Shown in pieces: positions 1 through 9,105 of a stretch of 43,713 bases of DNA. Both the position numbers and the translations under genes were made by a program. The notes under the pieces are model-generated. The model did no database searches. It was not told where the DNA came from and worked only from the letters and a program-made list of their open reading frames with translations. Every line of letters starts with the position of its first letter. Within the stretch, counting starts at the first letter, position 1. Source of the DNA: a virus (lineage: Duplodnaviria > Heunggongvirae > Uroviricota > Caudoviricetes); the IMG/VR virus record IMGVR_UViG_3300019755_000001; one strand, 5' to 3'.

Positions 1-2
1 AC

Positions 3-1706
3 ATATTTAGGGATTATCACGTTACACCAATGAAGTATATCATTGATTTCTACGAAGCATTGTCTAACTTCGACATCACACTACCTTCACCGGAAATGAG
101 AGCACTTCGAACTGACAACACTGACTATGCATCTTGTATCATATTCAGAATGGGTGACAATATCCCATCTTGGCAAGAAGCCGACAAAGCACTGCTTGGT
201 CACACTGTAGCATCTGCTGGAGTTGGTATAGATATTGCGGATGTTGCTTCTATTGGGGACAATGTGAAGAAAGGGAGAATTGCCCATTCAGGTAAATTAC
301 CAATTCTTAAGTCAATTGACTCAACTATTCAAAAAGCATCACAGAACGGTAGGAGAGGTTCAGCCACTGGTTATGTTAACTTCTTCGACCCAGAAATCGA
401 GCAAATCTTCGCACTGAAGTCCCCTCGTATGCCTGTTGAGGATCGAATTAACGACCTATCTTATGGTATTAAGCTAAACCAACTTGTGTACGATAGAGCT
501 AAGCAGAACAAGCCAATCTCACTATTTTCAGTTAGAAACGCACCTAAACTGCTTGATTACTTCTACTCGGATGATGTGAGAGCATTTACTGAGTACTACG
601 AGTCATTGGAAGCACAGGGACTACACTCATCGCAGATTGATGCTAGAGAGCTCCTTAACAGGATACTTGCTGTCGAATCTACGGAAACATCGTCTTATTA
701 TGTACTTAATGTGGATGAAATGAACTCAAACTCGAACATCACTAGGCCTATTACTATGGCTAACATATGTATCGAATACATGACTGGTGTTGAGCCACTG
801 GACCCAGCTAAGCCTGATTCACCTGATATTGGTGTATGTGTACTTGGTAATGTTAACCAGGGAACTGTAGGAATCGACAGATTACCTCATGTGACTAATC
901 TATTGGTTAGGGCACAATCGCACATCATGACAAGACAAGTCCACCCAACATCTCAAGCAAACGCATTTGTTGCTATGTATAGGGATATTGGTATCGGACT
1001 ATCGAATCACGCATTTTGGTTAGCTAATCAGGGCCTACGATACGGTCAATCAGCTGCACTTGAGGCACATAACGAGTGGATGGAGCATTTTTCATTCGGT
1101 CTGCATGTTGCTTCTATGGAACTGGCATCTGAACTTGGTGCTGCACCTGGTTTCGAGTTCCACGATAAGCTTTTACCTTTATCTAGGTACAAGCGTACTG
1201 TCGACGAACTATGTACTTCAGTGCCGTATTGTGACTGGGACTGGCTTGAAAACCAAATCTTAATTCACGGTATGTACAATTGTGGTCTATCTATGGTACC
1301 TCCTGCAGAAACATCTGCGGGTCCATCGAACCAAACAACTGGTCTTGAGCCTATTAGGAACTTATTGACAATCAAGGACAAAGCTGGTACTAACTACAAG
1401 CAATTTGCACCGGATTGTATTAGGTTGGCTGATAAGTACGATTTTGTCTATGACACTTCTGATATTAACACTAGATTCTTGAAGAACGTAGCTGTTACAC
1501 AGAAGTGGATGGACAAAGGAATCTCAGCAAACACTTTTTACAACCCTGAGTGGCATAACGGAAAAGTGAAAGCCAAAGCAGTTGTATCTGACTTGATGTT
1601 AGCTAAGTACTATGGTGTGAAAGGTAGATACTACCAGAATACCAAACTACCTGATGAGGTAGAATTAACCACAGACGCTTGTGGATCAGGAGGATGTTCA
1701 GTATGA
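3..1706 (+). CDS. nrdA: Ribonucleoside-diphosphate reductase class Ia alpha subunit (5'-truncated by window edge)
   Basis: Frame is open from position 3 (IFRDYHVTPMKY...). Motifs: YASCIIF (C225-equivalent), ANICIEY (N437/C439/E441), VCVLGNVN (C462), RYYQNT (Y730/Y731), C-terminal CGSGGC redox pair. Confidence 0.96.
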   Translation: MFRDYHVTPMKYIIDFYEALSNFDITLPSPEMRALRTDNTDYASCIIFRMGDNIPSWQEADKALLGHTVASAGVGIDIADVASIGDNVKKGRIAHSGKLPILKSIDSTIQKASQNGRRGSATGYVNFFDPEIEQIFALKSPRMPVEDRINDLSYGIKLNQLVYDRAKQNKPISLFSVRNAPKLLDYFYSDDVRAFTEYYESLEAQGLHSSQIDARELLNRILAVESTETSSYYVLNVDEMNSNSNITRPITMANICIEYMTGVEPLDPAKPDSPDIGVCVLGNVNQGTVGIDRLPHVTNLLVRAQSHIMTRQVHPTSQANAFVAMYRDIGIGLSNHAFWLANQGLRYGQSAALEAHNEWMEHFSFGLHVASMELASELGAAPGFEFHDKLLPLSRYKRTVDELCTSVPYCDWDWLENQILIHGMYNCGLSMVPPAETSAGPSNQTTGLEPIRNLLTIKDKAGTNYKQFAPDCIRLADKYDFVYDTSDINTRFLKNVAVTQKWMDKGISANTFYNPEWHNGKVKAKAVVSDLMLAKYYGVKGRYYQNTKLPDEVELTTDACGSGGCSV

Positions 1707-1870
1707 TGGACTATGAAGATGATTTAGACTACGAGGATCTATGTAGGCTAATTAGAGAATACAACTACTATATACAGGATTTCGACTATACCAATTCAGG
1801 AGAACCTGTCTGTGTTAGCGAGTTCTATAATTATGAATACCAGCACATTATAGGAGCAAACGATGAGTAA
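1703..1870 (+). CDS. Small acidic Tyr-rich hypothetical protein
   Basis: ATG at 1703 with GGAGG SD 8 nt upstream; overlaps the nrdA stop and nrdB start. Confidence 0.6.
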   Translation: MMDYEDDLDYEDLCRLIREYNYYIQDFDYTNSGEPVCVSEFYNYEYQHIIGANDE

Positions 1871-2987
1871 TCACTTATTCAACAACGAACCAATCGACTT
1901 CACTAATCAGCCACTGTTTCTTGGTGCCGGTAGGAACATATCACGACTTGATTTATCAATCGAACCAACAATCAGCAAAAACACAGCAGATGCCATCGGT
2001 AAACTATGGTTCTCAGGTGACTTCAGTCCAAAGAAGGACGGTAAGGATCACTTAGCTTGTGGGACTGTACTGAATAACTTATTTATGGAGAATCTTAAAT
2101 TCCAAACTACGCTCGACTCAGTAGCAGCAAGGACAGTAGCTGAAGTATTTATACCAATCACTACTAATCCTCAACTGGAGTCTTGGTGGTATCAACATGC
2201 TTTCTTCGAGAACAACATTCACTCACAGTCTTATGCAGACATCCTGAAGGGTTTACCAGTTGACGCAAAGGCAATCTTTGACGATATCATGATCAACCCG
2301 GCAATCCAGGATCGAGCTAAATCGGTACTGGATTGTTTCGAAGATACTGTTCGATGGAACTGTAAGATGATCCTTAGCACAGAGTTTGATGACAATGGTG
2401 AGTTAATCAACGTTGGCTACGACAAAGCGAAGCACATGAAGTCAATCGTTATGTCATTATTTGCACTCAACATTCTGGAAGCAGTTCTGTTCAAGTCTTC
2501 ATTCCTTACTAGCTTTGCTTTCAAGGAAAACGGACTTTACTCAGTTACTGCTGACATTATTAGCAAAATTGCACAGGACGAAGCTGGGCATTACGCTATG
2601 TCGGTTAATTTACTTAATCGATTACGTAAAGACCCTGAGTGGGCCTACATCTTTGTTGAGTGTTCTGATGAGATTGACCAACTGTACAGAGATGCTATTG
2701 AAGCTGATTACATGTGGATTGACCACCTATTCAGAGACAATGCACGACTAATGGGTGTTAATGAAGCAATTATGAAGCAATTCGTAACTTCTAACTTACA
2801 CTCAGTTATGATGTCTGTACAGCAACCGCCAATCGTAGAGAAGCTGCCTAACCCATGTATTTGGGCTAGTAAGTACAGCAAACCATCGAACATACAAACT
2901 GCTCAGAAAGAGAAGACATCTGGTAATTATTTACTTGGTATCGTCGACACTGACATCTCGAATGAGGAATGGGAGTCTATGCTGTGA
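1863..2987 (+). CDS. nrdB: Ribonucleoside-diphosphate reductase class Ia beta subunit
   Basis: Diiron ligands TLDS (D84), FENNIHSQSY (E/H plus radical Tyr), ILEAVLF (E204), DEAGH (E238/H241); C-terminal GNYLLG (Y356); N-terminal QPLFLG. Confidence 0.95.
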   Translation: MSNHLFNNEPIDFTNQPLFLGAGRNISRLDLSIEPTISKNTADAIGKLWFSGDFSPKKDGKDHLACGTVLNNLFMENLKFQTTLDSVAARTVAEVFIPITTNPQLESWWYQHAFFENNIHSQSYADILKGLPVDAKAIFDDIMINPAIQDRAKSVLDCFEDTVRWNCKMILSTEFDDNGELINVGYDKAKHMKSIVMSLFALNILEAVLFKSSFLTSFAFKENGLYSVTADIISKIAQDEAGHYAMSVNLLNRLRKDPEWAYIFVECSDEIDQLYRDAIEADYMWIDHLFRDNARLMGVNEAIMKQFVTSNLHSVMMSVQQPPIVEKLPNPCIWASKYSKPSNIQTAQKEKTSGNYLLGIVDTDISNEEWESML

Positions 2988-3193
2988 CAACTACATTTTA
3001 TTTGTATGGTATCGAACCTGAACGTCTTATGCAACTCAACTACTTCGAAGCAATCACTCTTAAGCATGAACTTGCTAAAGATCTGATAGCCGAGTTGTAT
3101 GAGGAGCCAATGGACAGCAGAGATGAGGACAGGATTGCGAAGGTACACAAAGCAATCAAACATAACCAAGACGTACTTAAGGAGCTTAAATGA
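2984..3193 (+). CDS. Hypothetical protein
   Basis: GTG overlapping the nrdB stop with GGGAG SD; alternative ATG at 2969. Confidence 0.6.
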   Translation: MTTTFYLYGIEPERLMQLNYFEAITLKHELAKDLIAELYEEPMDSRDEDRIAKVHKAIKHNQDVLKELK

Positions 3194-3621
3194 CAGTAAT
3201 TGACCACAACGGAACACAACTAACCGGTCATGCAGCAACTGCATACCATGCCGAGCACACCGAACTAGTCGAGGTTACGCCTTTTTTGCACTACGTTCAT
3301 CCGAGCCAAATAGCAGCTGAGCCAACTGTTTCTATGTCGGAAATCCCAACTTCATTGTATGATCAGCTCAACTACTTAGGGCTTATCCCATCTGACGTGA
3401 GAGGCACTCATGTGGGGCAATCTGATTATTCTAGCAAGTTAATCCAACCTTGGACCATCTTCTTAGGCAACCCTGACCTAAATTACATGGAATGTGATGT
3501 TATTAAGCGTATTATTCGTACTAACACACGGGACTCACGTAAGCAGGACTTAACCAAATGCAAGCACATCATCGATGAGCTTATTCGTCAAATCGATGTA
3601 AAGGAACAACATGATAGTTAA
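3190..3621 (+). CDS. DUF3310/SaV-like protein (T7 gp1.7-type nucleotide kinase family)
   Basis: HVGQSDY...IQPW...NYMECDVIK...QDLTKCKHII matches the H(Y)...IQP...GNVIKY...DLxKA pattern. Confidence 0.7.
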   Translation: MTVIDHNGTQLTGHAATAYHAEHTELVEVTPFLHYVHPSQIAAEPTVSMSEIPTSLYDQLNYLGLIPSDVRGTHVGQSDYSSKLIQPWTIFLGNPDLNYMECDVIKRIIRTNTRDSRKQDLTKCKHIIDELIRQIDVKEQHDS

Positions 3622-3697
3622 TTTATTTGACAACATTTACGCAGCAACAGCAGTTATTTCGGCTTCAGCTGTATCAATCGTTTGGTTAGTGTCGTGA
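3611..3697 (+). CDS. 28-aa hydrophobic peptide
   Basis: [28 protein letters not shown]; AAGGA SD; stop overlaps the thyA GTG. Confidence 0.4.
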   Translation: MIVNLFDNIYAATAVISASAVSIVWLVS

Positions 3698-4545
3698 AGC
3701 AATATCTCGACTTGTGTAACCGAATTATCTCTGATGGTACTTGGGTTGATAACGAACGTACTGGCAAACGATGCCTTACGCTAATAAACGCAGATCTTGA
3801 ATATGATGTCGGGAGTAACAAGTTCCCACTACTAACTACTCGTAAGTCTTACTTCAAGTCAGCTATTGCAGAGTTTCTTGGGTACATCCGAGGCTACTCT
3901 AATGCAGCGGACTTCCGTAAACTTGGTACCAAGACATGGGACGCTAACGCAAACCTGAACCTCGACTGGCTTAACAACCCAGCTCGGCTTGGTACTGACG
4001 ATATGGGACGAGTGTATGGCATTCAAGCTAGGTCTTGGCGTAAGCCTGATGGATCTACTTTGGACCAATTACGTAAAGTAATTACTAACCTGTCTAATGG
4101 TATTGATGATCGTGGGGAGATAGTTACTTTCTACAACCCTGGGGAATTTGACATTGGTTGTTTACGACCTTGCATGCACACACATACGTTTTCACTAGTC
4201 GGTGATACACTTCACTTAACTAGCTATCAACGTAGTTGCGACGTGCCACTTGGACTGAACTTTAACCAGGTACAGGTATTCTTCTTTCTGGCTATTGTAG
4301 CACAGATTACTGGACACAAACCTGGTAAAGCTTATCACAAGATAGTGAACGCACACATCTACGAGGACCAACTGGAACTTATGCGTGATGTACAACTTAA
4401 ACGTGAACCATTTCCATTACCTAAGTTACATATTAACCCTGACATCAAGTCACTAGAGGACTTGGAGACTTGGGTAACTATGGATGACTTTCATGTCGAA
4501 GGGTACGAGTGCCATGAACCAATCAAATACTCATTTGCGGTATAA
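3694..4545 (+). CDS. thyA: Thymidylate synthase
   Basis: MKQYLDL start (GTG 3694), [14 protein letters not shown] (catalytic Cys), [22 protein letters not shown]. Confidence 0.97.
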   Translation: MKQYLDLCNRIISDGTWVDNERTGKRCLTLINADLEYDVGSNKFPLLTTRKSYFKSAIAEFLGYIRGYSNAADFRKLGTKTWDANANLNLDWLNNPARLGTDDMGRVYGIQARSWRKPDGSTLDQLRKVITNLSNGIDDRGEIVTFYNPGEFDIGCLRPCMHTHTFSLVGDTLHLTSYQRSCDVPLGLNFNQVQVFFFLAIVAQITGHKPGKAYHKIVNAHIYEDQLELMRDVQLKREPFPLPKLHINPDIKSLEDLETWVTMDDFHVEGYECHEPIKYSFAV

Positions 4546-4555
4546 AGGGGTAACT

Positions 4556-4792
4556 ATGGCACAACCAATCGAACAGTTGAGGATACCTAAGAAGTACTGT
4601 ACTTCTGACGGATCACCTCCTCCGAAGATGTATGGTAAACTTTTACCTAAACAGAGAGAATTCCCTATACTGGTTACTCCAGCAATCAAAGTGGGGGATG
4701 GCGGTATGAGTAATAACAAACGACTGTGTATTAACTGTGTATGGTTAGTCTGTGTTAGTACTAGCGGTCATGGAGGTACTTATTACCCTTGA
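4556..4792 (+). CDS. Hypothetical protein (possibly two in-frame units, second starting at 4706)
   Basis: AAAGGGG SD before ATG 4556; second GGGGG-preceded ATG at 4706. Confidence 0.5.
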   Translation: MAQPIEQLRIPKKYCTSDGSPPPKMYGKLLPKQREFPILVTPAIKVGDGGMSNNKRLCINCVWLVCVSTSGHGGTYYP

Positions 4793-4891
4793 ACGAACGA
4801 TAAAAGTGGTCAAATAGAACCGGCTAACGATCATGCATCACAATGTAATGAATTCTTACCGATAAAAAAAAGGGGCTCTAATGAAAATTAA
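4706..4891 (+). pseudogene. Small Cys-motif (CxxC...C...C) protein interrupted by an in-frame TGA at 4790-4792
   Basis: Reads MSNNKRLCINCVWLVCVSTSGHGGTYYP*TNDKSGQIEPANDHASQCNEFLPIKKRGSNEN; the frame stays open after the TGA to TAA 4889-4891. Confidence 0.45.
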
Positions 4892-4921
4892 CATAATCTC
4901 AACAATAGGACAGGAAGTAGT

Positions 4922-5221
4922 ATGAAATTTATAATTGACTTAAAAGAACAAATAAAGCCTGATGAAGAATACGGAGGATACACTATTCCAATTAAGCTAA
5001 AAAACTCAAAATGTAATTTTACGCAGGGTGATTGTTATGGCGACCTAATAGCAATAGACGTTGATTCTCAATCTCTTTGGTTTAGAGACGCTATTTATAG
5101 TGTTCTACAAGCCGGCTGGAAAGACGAAGAATATATAGAACTTTCTGAGTTTTTGACGTATAACTTTGGATCTGGTATGGATTCTGCTATTTGCGGAAAG
5201 CTTAGGAGACATTTCTTATGA
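4922..5221 (+). CDS. Hypothetical protein
   Basis: 99-aa ORF with AGGA SD; ATGA overlap into folA. Confidence 0.65.
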   Translation: MKFIIDLKEQIKPDEEYGGYTIPIKLKNSKCNFTQGDCYGDLIAIDVDSQSLWFRDAIYSVLQAGWKDEEYIELSEFLTYNFGSGMDSAICGKLRRHFL

Positions 5222-5721
5222 AAATATCAATTATTGCAGCAATCGGCAAGAACAACGAAATCGGTCTAAACAACCAACTACTGTGGAAGTCGGAGTCTGA
5301 CTTGGAGCACTTCAAGCAACTGACTTTAGGCAAACCAATCATCATGGGACGTAAGACATTCGAGTCATTACCCGGTATTTTACCTGGTAGACCTCACTAT
5401 GTCGTATCATCTAAACCAATTTACGATAACCGAGTTAATCGTGTACACTCCATTGAGGATGCCTTGTTAGGTACTCCTTCTGACGAAGTATTCATCATCG
5501 GTGGAGCCTCAATCTATGAGCAAGCTCTACCTTTAGCTGATGAACTTCATATTTCACACATGAATTGGACTGGTGAAGCTGACACATTCTTCCCGGAAAT
5601 CGGTGACGAGTGGACTGACGGTGGTATGCCAGTGTATACCAGACCGGACATCTCGCATCCATTTACTGATGGCGGTCCTAGTTGGACTTATCGCAAATAC
5701 ACAAGGAGCAAACATGCTTAG
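5218..5721 (+). CDS. folA: Dihydrofolate reductase
   Basis: ISIIAAIGKNNEIG, LLW...DLEHFKQLT, IMGRKTFES, LPGR, IIGGASIY. Confidence 0.96.
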   Translation: MKISIIAAIGKNNEIGLNNQLLWKSESDLEHFKQLTLGKPIIMGRKTFESLPGILPGRPHYVVSSKPIYDNRVNRVHSIEDALLGTPSDEVFIIGGASIYEQALPLADELHISHMNWTGEADTFFPEIGDEWTDGGMPVYTRPDISHPFTDGGPSWTYRKYTRSKHA

Positions 5722-6778
5722 CACACTATACAAACTCAGCCCCTCTAACGGCAAAGTCCAGCAATGGTCTGTGACGACTGATGGAGCTTTTGTTATCGCA
5801 ACCCAAGGTCAAGTTGGCGGCAAGTTAGTCGAGTACCGCACTGAGTCTTTTGGGAAGAACATTGGCAGATCAAACGAAACTACTGCAGCCGAACAAGCTG
5901 TACTGGAGGCCAAGTCGAAGCACGCAAAGAAGATGAAGTCTGGTTACACTACCGACCCATCTGGCGAACAATCAACCAAAACACCAATGAAGGTCAACGA
6001 TTATTGGAAACACAAGTCGAAGGTCAAGTTCCCTTGTTACGTGTCACGCAAGTTGAATGGTGTTAACGCAGAGGAACGTCTTGGCACCGAACTTACTTTA
6101 CTCAGTCGTGGTGGAGAGGAGTATCCTCGCATACCACACATTGAACAATCAGTTCGCAAGCTGATGTCAGACCTTGGCACTGACGCATTGAATGGTGAAC
6201 TTTATGTACACGGTACTTCCTTACAGAAGATCACCAGTTACGTGAAGAAGCCAAAACCTGAGTCGGGTTTACTTGAGTTCCATGTGTTTGACGCACCGAA
6301 CTTGGGTGGTACTTACGCACAACGAATTGCTCAGTTAATCAACACTGATTACCCTCATATTGTCCCAGCTGTTCTAGCAAACTCTCACGAGGAACTGCAG
6401 GAACTACACGACTTAGCGGTCGAACAGGGTTACGAGGGTATTATCATTCGTAATGCAGATTGTATCTACGAATATAACACCAGGTCCAATTCAGCTTTCA
6501 AGATGAAGGTAGCACTGGACAAGGAGTTCTTGGTTACTGGTTACAAGCTGGACAAGTATGGTCATCCAGTGTACACATGTGCATCTGATGGTGGTGACTT
6601 TTCAGTGAAGCGGAAGGGTACGGCATTTGAACGTCTTAAGGACGCAACCGTAGCTGTTCATAATATTGGCAAATGGCTAACTGTTGAGTTTGAATCTTAT
6701 TCGGACTCAGGGAAGCCCACAAAACCCGTAGGTCTCAACTTCAGAGACTGTGACACTGACGGCAATCCGTTAGTTTAG
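5714..6778 (+). CDS. ATP-dependent DNA ligase with N-terminal WGR-like domain
   Basis: ATG 5714 with AAGGAG SD; motif I KLNGVN, III LNGELY, IIIa FHVFD, IV EGIIIR, V FKMK; OB-fold end KPTKPVGLNFRD. Confidence 0.9.
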   Translation: MLSTLYKLSPSNGKVQQWSVTTDGAFVIATQGQVGGKLVEYRTESFGKNIGRSNETTAAEQAVLEAKSKHAKKMKSGYTTDPSGEQSTKTPMKVNDYWKHKSKVKFPCYVSRKLNGVNAEERLGTELTLLSRGGEEYPRIPHIEQSVRKLMSDLGTDALNGELYVHGTSLQKITSYVKKPKPESGLLEFHVFDAPNLGGTYAQRIAQLINTDYPHIVPAVLANSHEELQELHDLAVEQGYEGIIIRNADCIYEYNTRSNSAFKMKVALDKEFLVTGYKLDKYGHPVYTCASDGGDFSVKRKGTAFERLKDATVAVHNIGKWLTVEFESYSDSGKPTKPVGLNFRDCDTDGNPLV

Positions 6779-6886
6779 TCAATTCGCACATGTGGGTTAT
6801 GTTCTGTATCCCGGAACCGCTCAGCTTACGGTGGCTGCAGTCGAGCATGTGTATTAAATCCGATTAACCAAACACAAGGAAACAAT

Positions 6887-7621
6887 TTGAATATTTTTAC
6901 AATACAATCTGAACCAGGATCTGCTGCATTTGGTACGGAACTATCAGCAGCGTACACTAATGGTTTTGAGTACATCCAATGCACCGATACTAAGGAAGTT
7001 TGCTATATCACTGAGCATGATAACATGCTAGGTGCCACACCATTAAGTCCAGCGTGTGTGCTGGAAGTACTGGATGCTAACTACCCTGATGGTGTACCTG
7101 ATTCGGTCCTTAGTGACGAAGTGAAGCTGTTTTTAGTAGCAGAGACTAATCCAGTTGAGCCTACAACTATTAGTTCTTGGCAATCTAACATTAACTTTAA
7201 CACAGCCAATGAAGTTCTTGAAAGACAGTTTCATACACAAGCTTTTGCTGCATATTCATTAGGCTATACACACATAATTAGTGCTGATGGAAGATACTAT
7301 AAGATTACTAGTAGTGACGGAGATATTGTCAACCTTACTGACGCAGAAATGCAGTCTTTGGGTTTACCTTTACCTAAACCTCCTATTACTGAAGCAGATG
7401 CTATTGCGGATTTAGCGGGAGAGCCTAGACCAGACAATTCTTCAACGGATGCTGTAGAGCCAGTTGACCCAACGCCAACTTACTTAGAGATGGGAGCTGA
7501 TATTGCAACGAAGATCGACGGTATTATCCTGGACAGGCTGAACACTGATAAGCTAATCGACAACGAGTCTGCTAATGTTTTACTGAAGCTGAACCAAATT
7601 TCTTTATCTAGGAGAGTATAG
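6887..7621 (+). CDS. Hypothetical acidic protein
   Basis: TTG start with AAGGA SD; 244-aa ORF. Confidence 0.7.
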   Translation: MNIFTIQSEPGSAAFGTELSAAYTNGFEYIQCTDTKEVCYITEHDNMLGATPLSPACVLEVLDANYPDGVPDSVLSDEVKLFLVAETNPVEPTTISSWQSNINFNTANEVLERQFHTQAFAAYSLGYTHIISADGRYYKITSSDGDIVNLTDAEMQSLGLPLPKPPITEADAIADLAGEPRPDNSSTDAVEPVDPTPTYLEMGADIATKIDGIILDRLNTDKLIDNESANVLLKLNQISLSRRV

Positions 7622-8112
7622 TGTTACACAAAAAGCAACTTTACTCAATCTTTGAGGACATATGCAGACTAAATGACACGACATGGAATAACCCAGCAGG
7701 TTCTTACGACGCAAGCAAAGCAGCAGCATTAGTTATAGAAGAAGCACTGGAGAAGTTGCCTTTAGCAGATAAACTTGCTGATCAACTTGGTTGTGACAAC
7801 AATCCAAAGTCTTTGGCTAGGTGTATTGTTGGTTTAACTACTGGTAGCGATGTTGACGGATTTGTTAGAGGAGACGTATCACCAGTTGGTGCATTTGATT
7901 CTAGCCTAGACGCAATCTACATTGAAGTGGGTAATTTGCACATGCAAGGTATCTCATCTTCGCAGATTGTCGACGGATTGCAGGTAGTGCACACAGCTAA
8001 TTCGATGAAGGGTTCTGCTAAGGACTCCAACGGGAAGGTTATTAAGCCTGATCAGTGGGAGCAACTTTACGCACCTGAACCGAAGCTACAAGCTATCTTG
8101 GATGGTAAGTAG
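7621..8112 (+). CDS. MazG-like/PRA-PH-family nucleotide pyrophosphohydrolase (dUTPase-like)
   Basis: IEEALE...DSSLDAIY...VHTANSMK...DSNGKVIKP..W..PEPKL pattern typical of phage MazG-like proteins. Confidence 0.75.
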   Translation: MLHKKQLYSIFEDICRLNDTTWNNPAGSYDASKAAALVIEEALEKLPLADKLADQLGCDNNPKSLARCIVGLTTGSDVDGFVRGDVSPVGAFDSSLDAIYIEVGNLHMQGISSSQIVDGLQVVHTANSMKGSAKDSNGKVIKPDQWEQLYAPEPKLQAILDGK

Positions 8113-8168
8113 TAATCCTTTAATTAGTATATTATATACATAATTATTTGCAATTGCTTGTAAGCCCA

Positions 8169-8344
8169 GTGTTTATCGGCGATTGTAGGTAGTTACTGGT
8201 TGTTTACTGTGTAAACCTTATGGATTAATTGGTGTTTATGGTGTTAACTCTTAGGATTTTTTGGTTGTTTATTTTAAGTGACTTTTACTTATAAAGGTTT
8301 ACATTTTATAAACCCTTAAGCTAATATCTTGTATAATTAGTTTA
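8169..8344. repeat. Phased KTGTTTAY/GTTTA repeats in an AT-rich intergenic region (candidate iterons/operators)
   Basis: TGTTTA at 8170, 8201, 8233, 8266; GGTTTA at 8296; AGTTTA at 8339. Inverted repeats at 8202-8216 and 8296-8314. Confidence 0.55.
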
Positions 8345-8371
8345 TCAGAATAACAACACAAGGATATTAAA

Positions 8372-8917
8372 TTGGATACACGTAGTATAACAGCAATTAA
8401 CTTAGAGTCAGGTGAAACATTCAACACAGATCTTAAGTTCAAAGACAATAAATTTACAGTAAGAGGATATAAAATGTACAACGCAAGCATAGACGTACTC
8501 GTTGACGTACTAACTAAAGATGAATTAAAGGCAGCCCTAAAGTTATTTGGATCTGACACAATTGATTACCATAATCTTCTGATTGGGCCTTTCCACAAAT
8601 TGACCTCACAAATGAGTAAGTCAACACGTAGTAAGTTCAAGAAGAAATTATTTGATCATGGAATTATGGCAGAATGCCAAGGAAAGTTGATGCTTAACCC
8701 ATTCATATTTCTGCCTAAAGGCGATCGTAATATTCGTAATTCAGGCCATCTTACTCAACGTGTATGGAAGTACATGTTCGAGGACGCTAACTCAGCTGGT
8801 GAGGATGTGGTAGTTCATGCTGAACACATGTTTGGTAAGTCTGGTGTTGAGTCTAAGTATCTGTCTGTAGGATCTGGTGATTACCAAACTCTACTACCGA
8901 AGCCGGAGTCAACATGA
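8372..8917 (+). CDS. RepL-like winged-helix DNA-binding protein
   Basis: SKSTRSKFKKKLFDHGIM...LMLNPFIF resembles the recognition helix plus wing of RepL-type wHTH proteins. Confidence 0.55.
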   Translation: MDTRSITAINLESGETFNTDLKFKDNKFTVRGYKMYNASIDVLVDVLTKDELKAALKLFGSDTIDYHNLLIGPFHKLTSQMSKSTRSKFKKKLFDHGIMAECQGKLMLNPFIFLPKGDRNIRNSGHLTQRVWKYMFEDANSAGEDVVVHAEHMFGKSGVESKYLSVGSGDYQTLLPKPEST

Positions 8918-9105
8918 GTTGGAGACTTAAACAATTGTTTTATTTTGTCAGAGGTCTTTTACTTCTGCCTATAACATTAATGCTATCGTTTTGCGAATGG
9001 TACCATTTTAGTATATCTAACTGGTTAGTTGGTATACATAGAGACTATCGTGACTGGCTAAATAAAGATTACTGGCCTAATACCCAACCAAAGGAGTCAA
9101 CATGA
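8914..9105 (+). CDS. Hypothetical membrane protein
   Basis: 63 aa, one hydrophobic segment, GGAG SD. Confidence 0.65.
   Translation: MSWRLKQLFYFVRGLLLLPITLMLSFCEWYHFSISNWLVGIHRDYRDWLNKDYWPNTQPKEST

Noticed and set aside
6786-6853. tRNA gene
   Set aside because: No TTC T-loop, no proper anticodon arm, no CCA; kept only as a possible structured element.
7621-8112. MazG-like gene as evidence of a modified-base (e.g. Z) genome
   Set aside because: No PurZ, DatZ or other base-modification gene in the window; MazG-like genes are common beside thyA/nrd genes.
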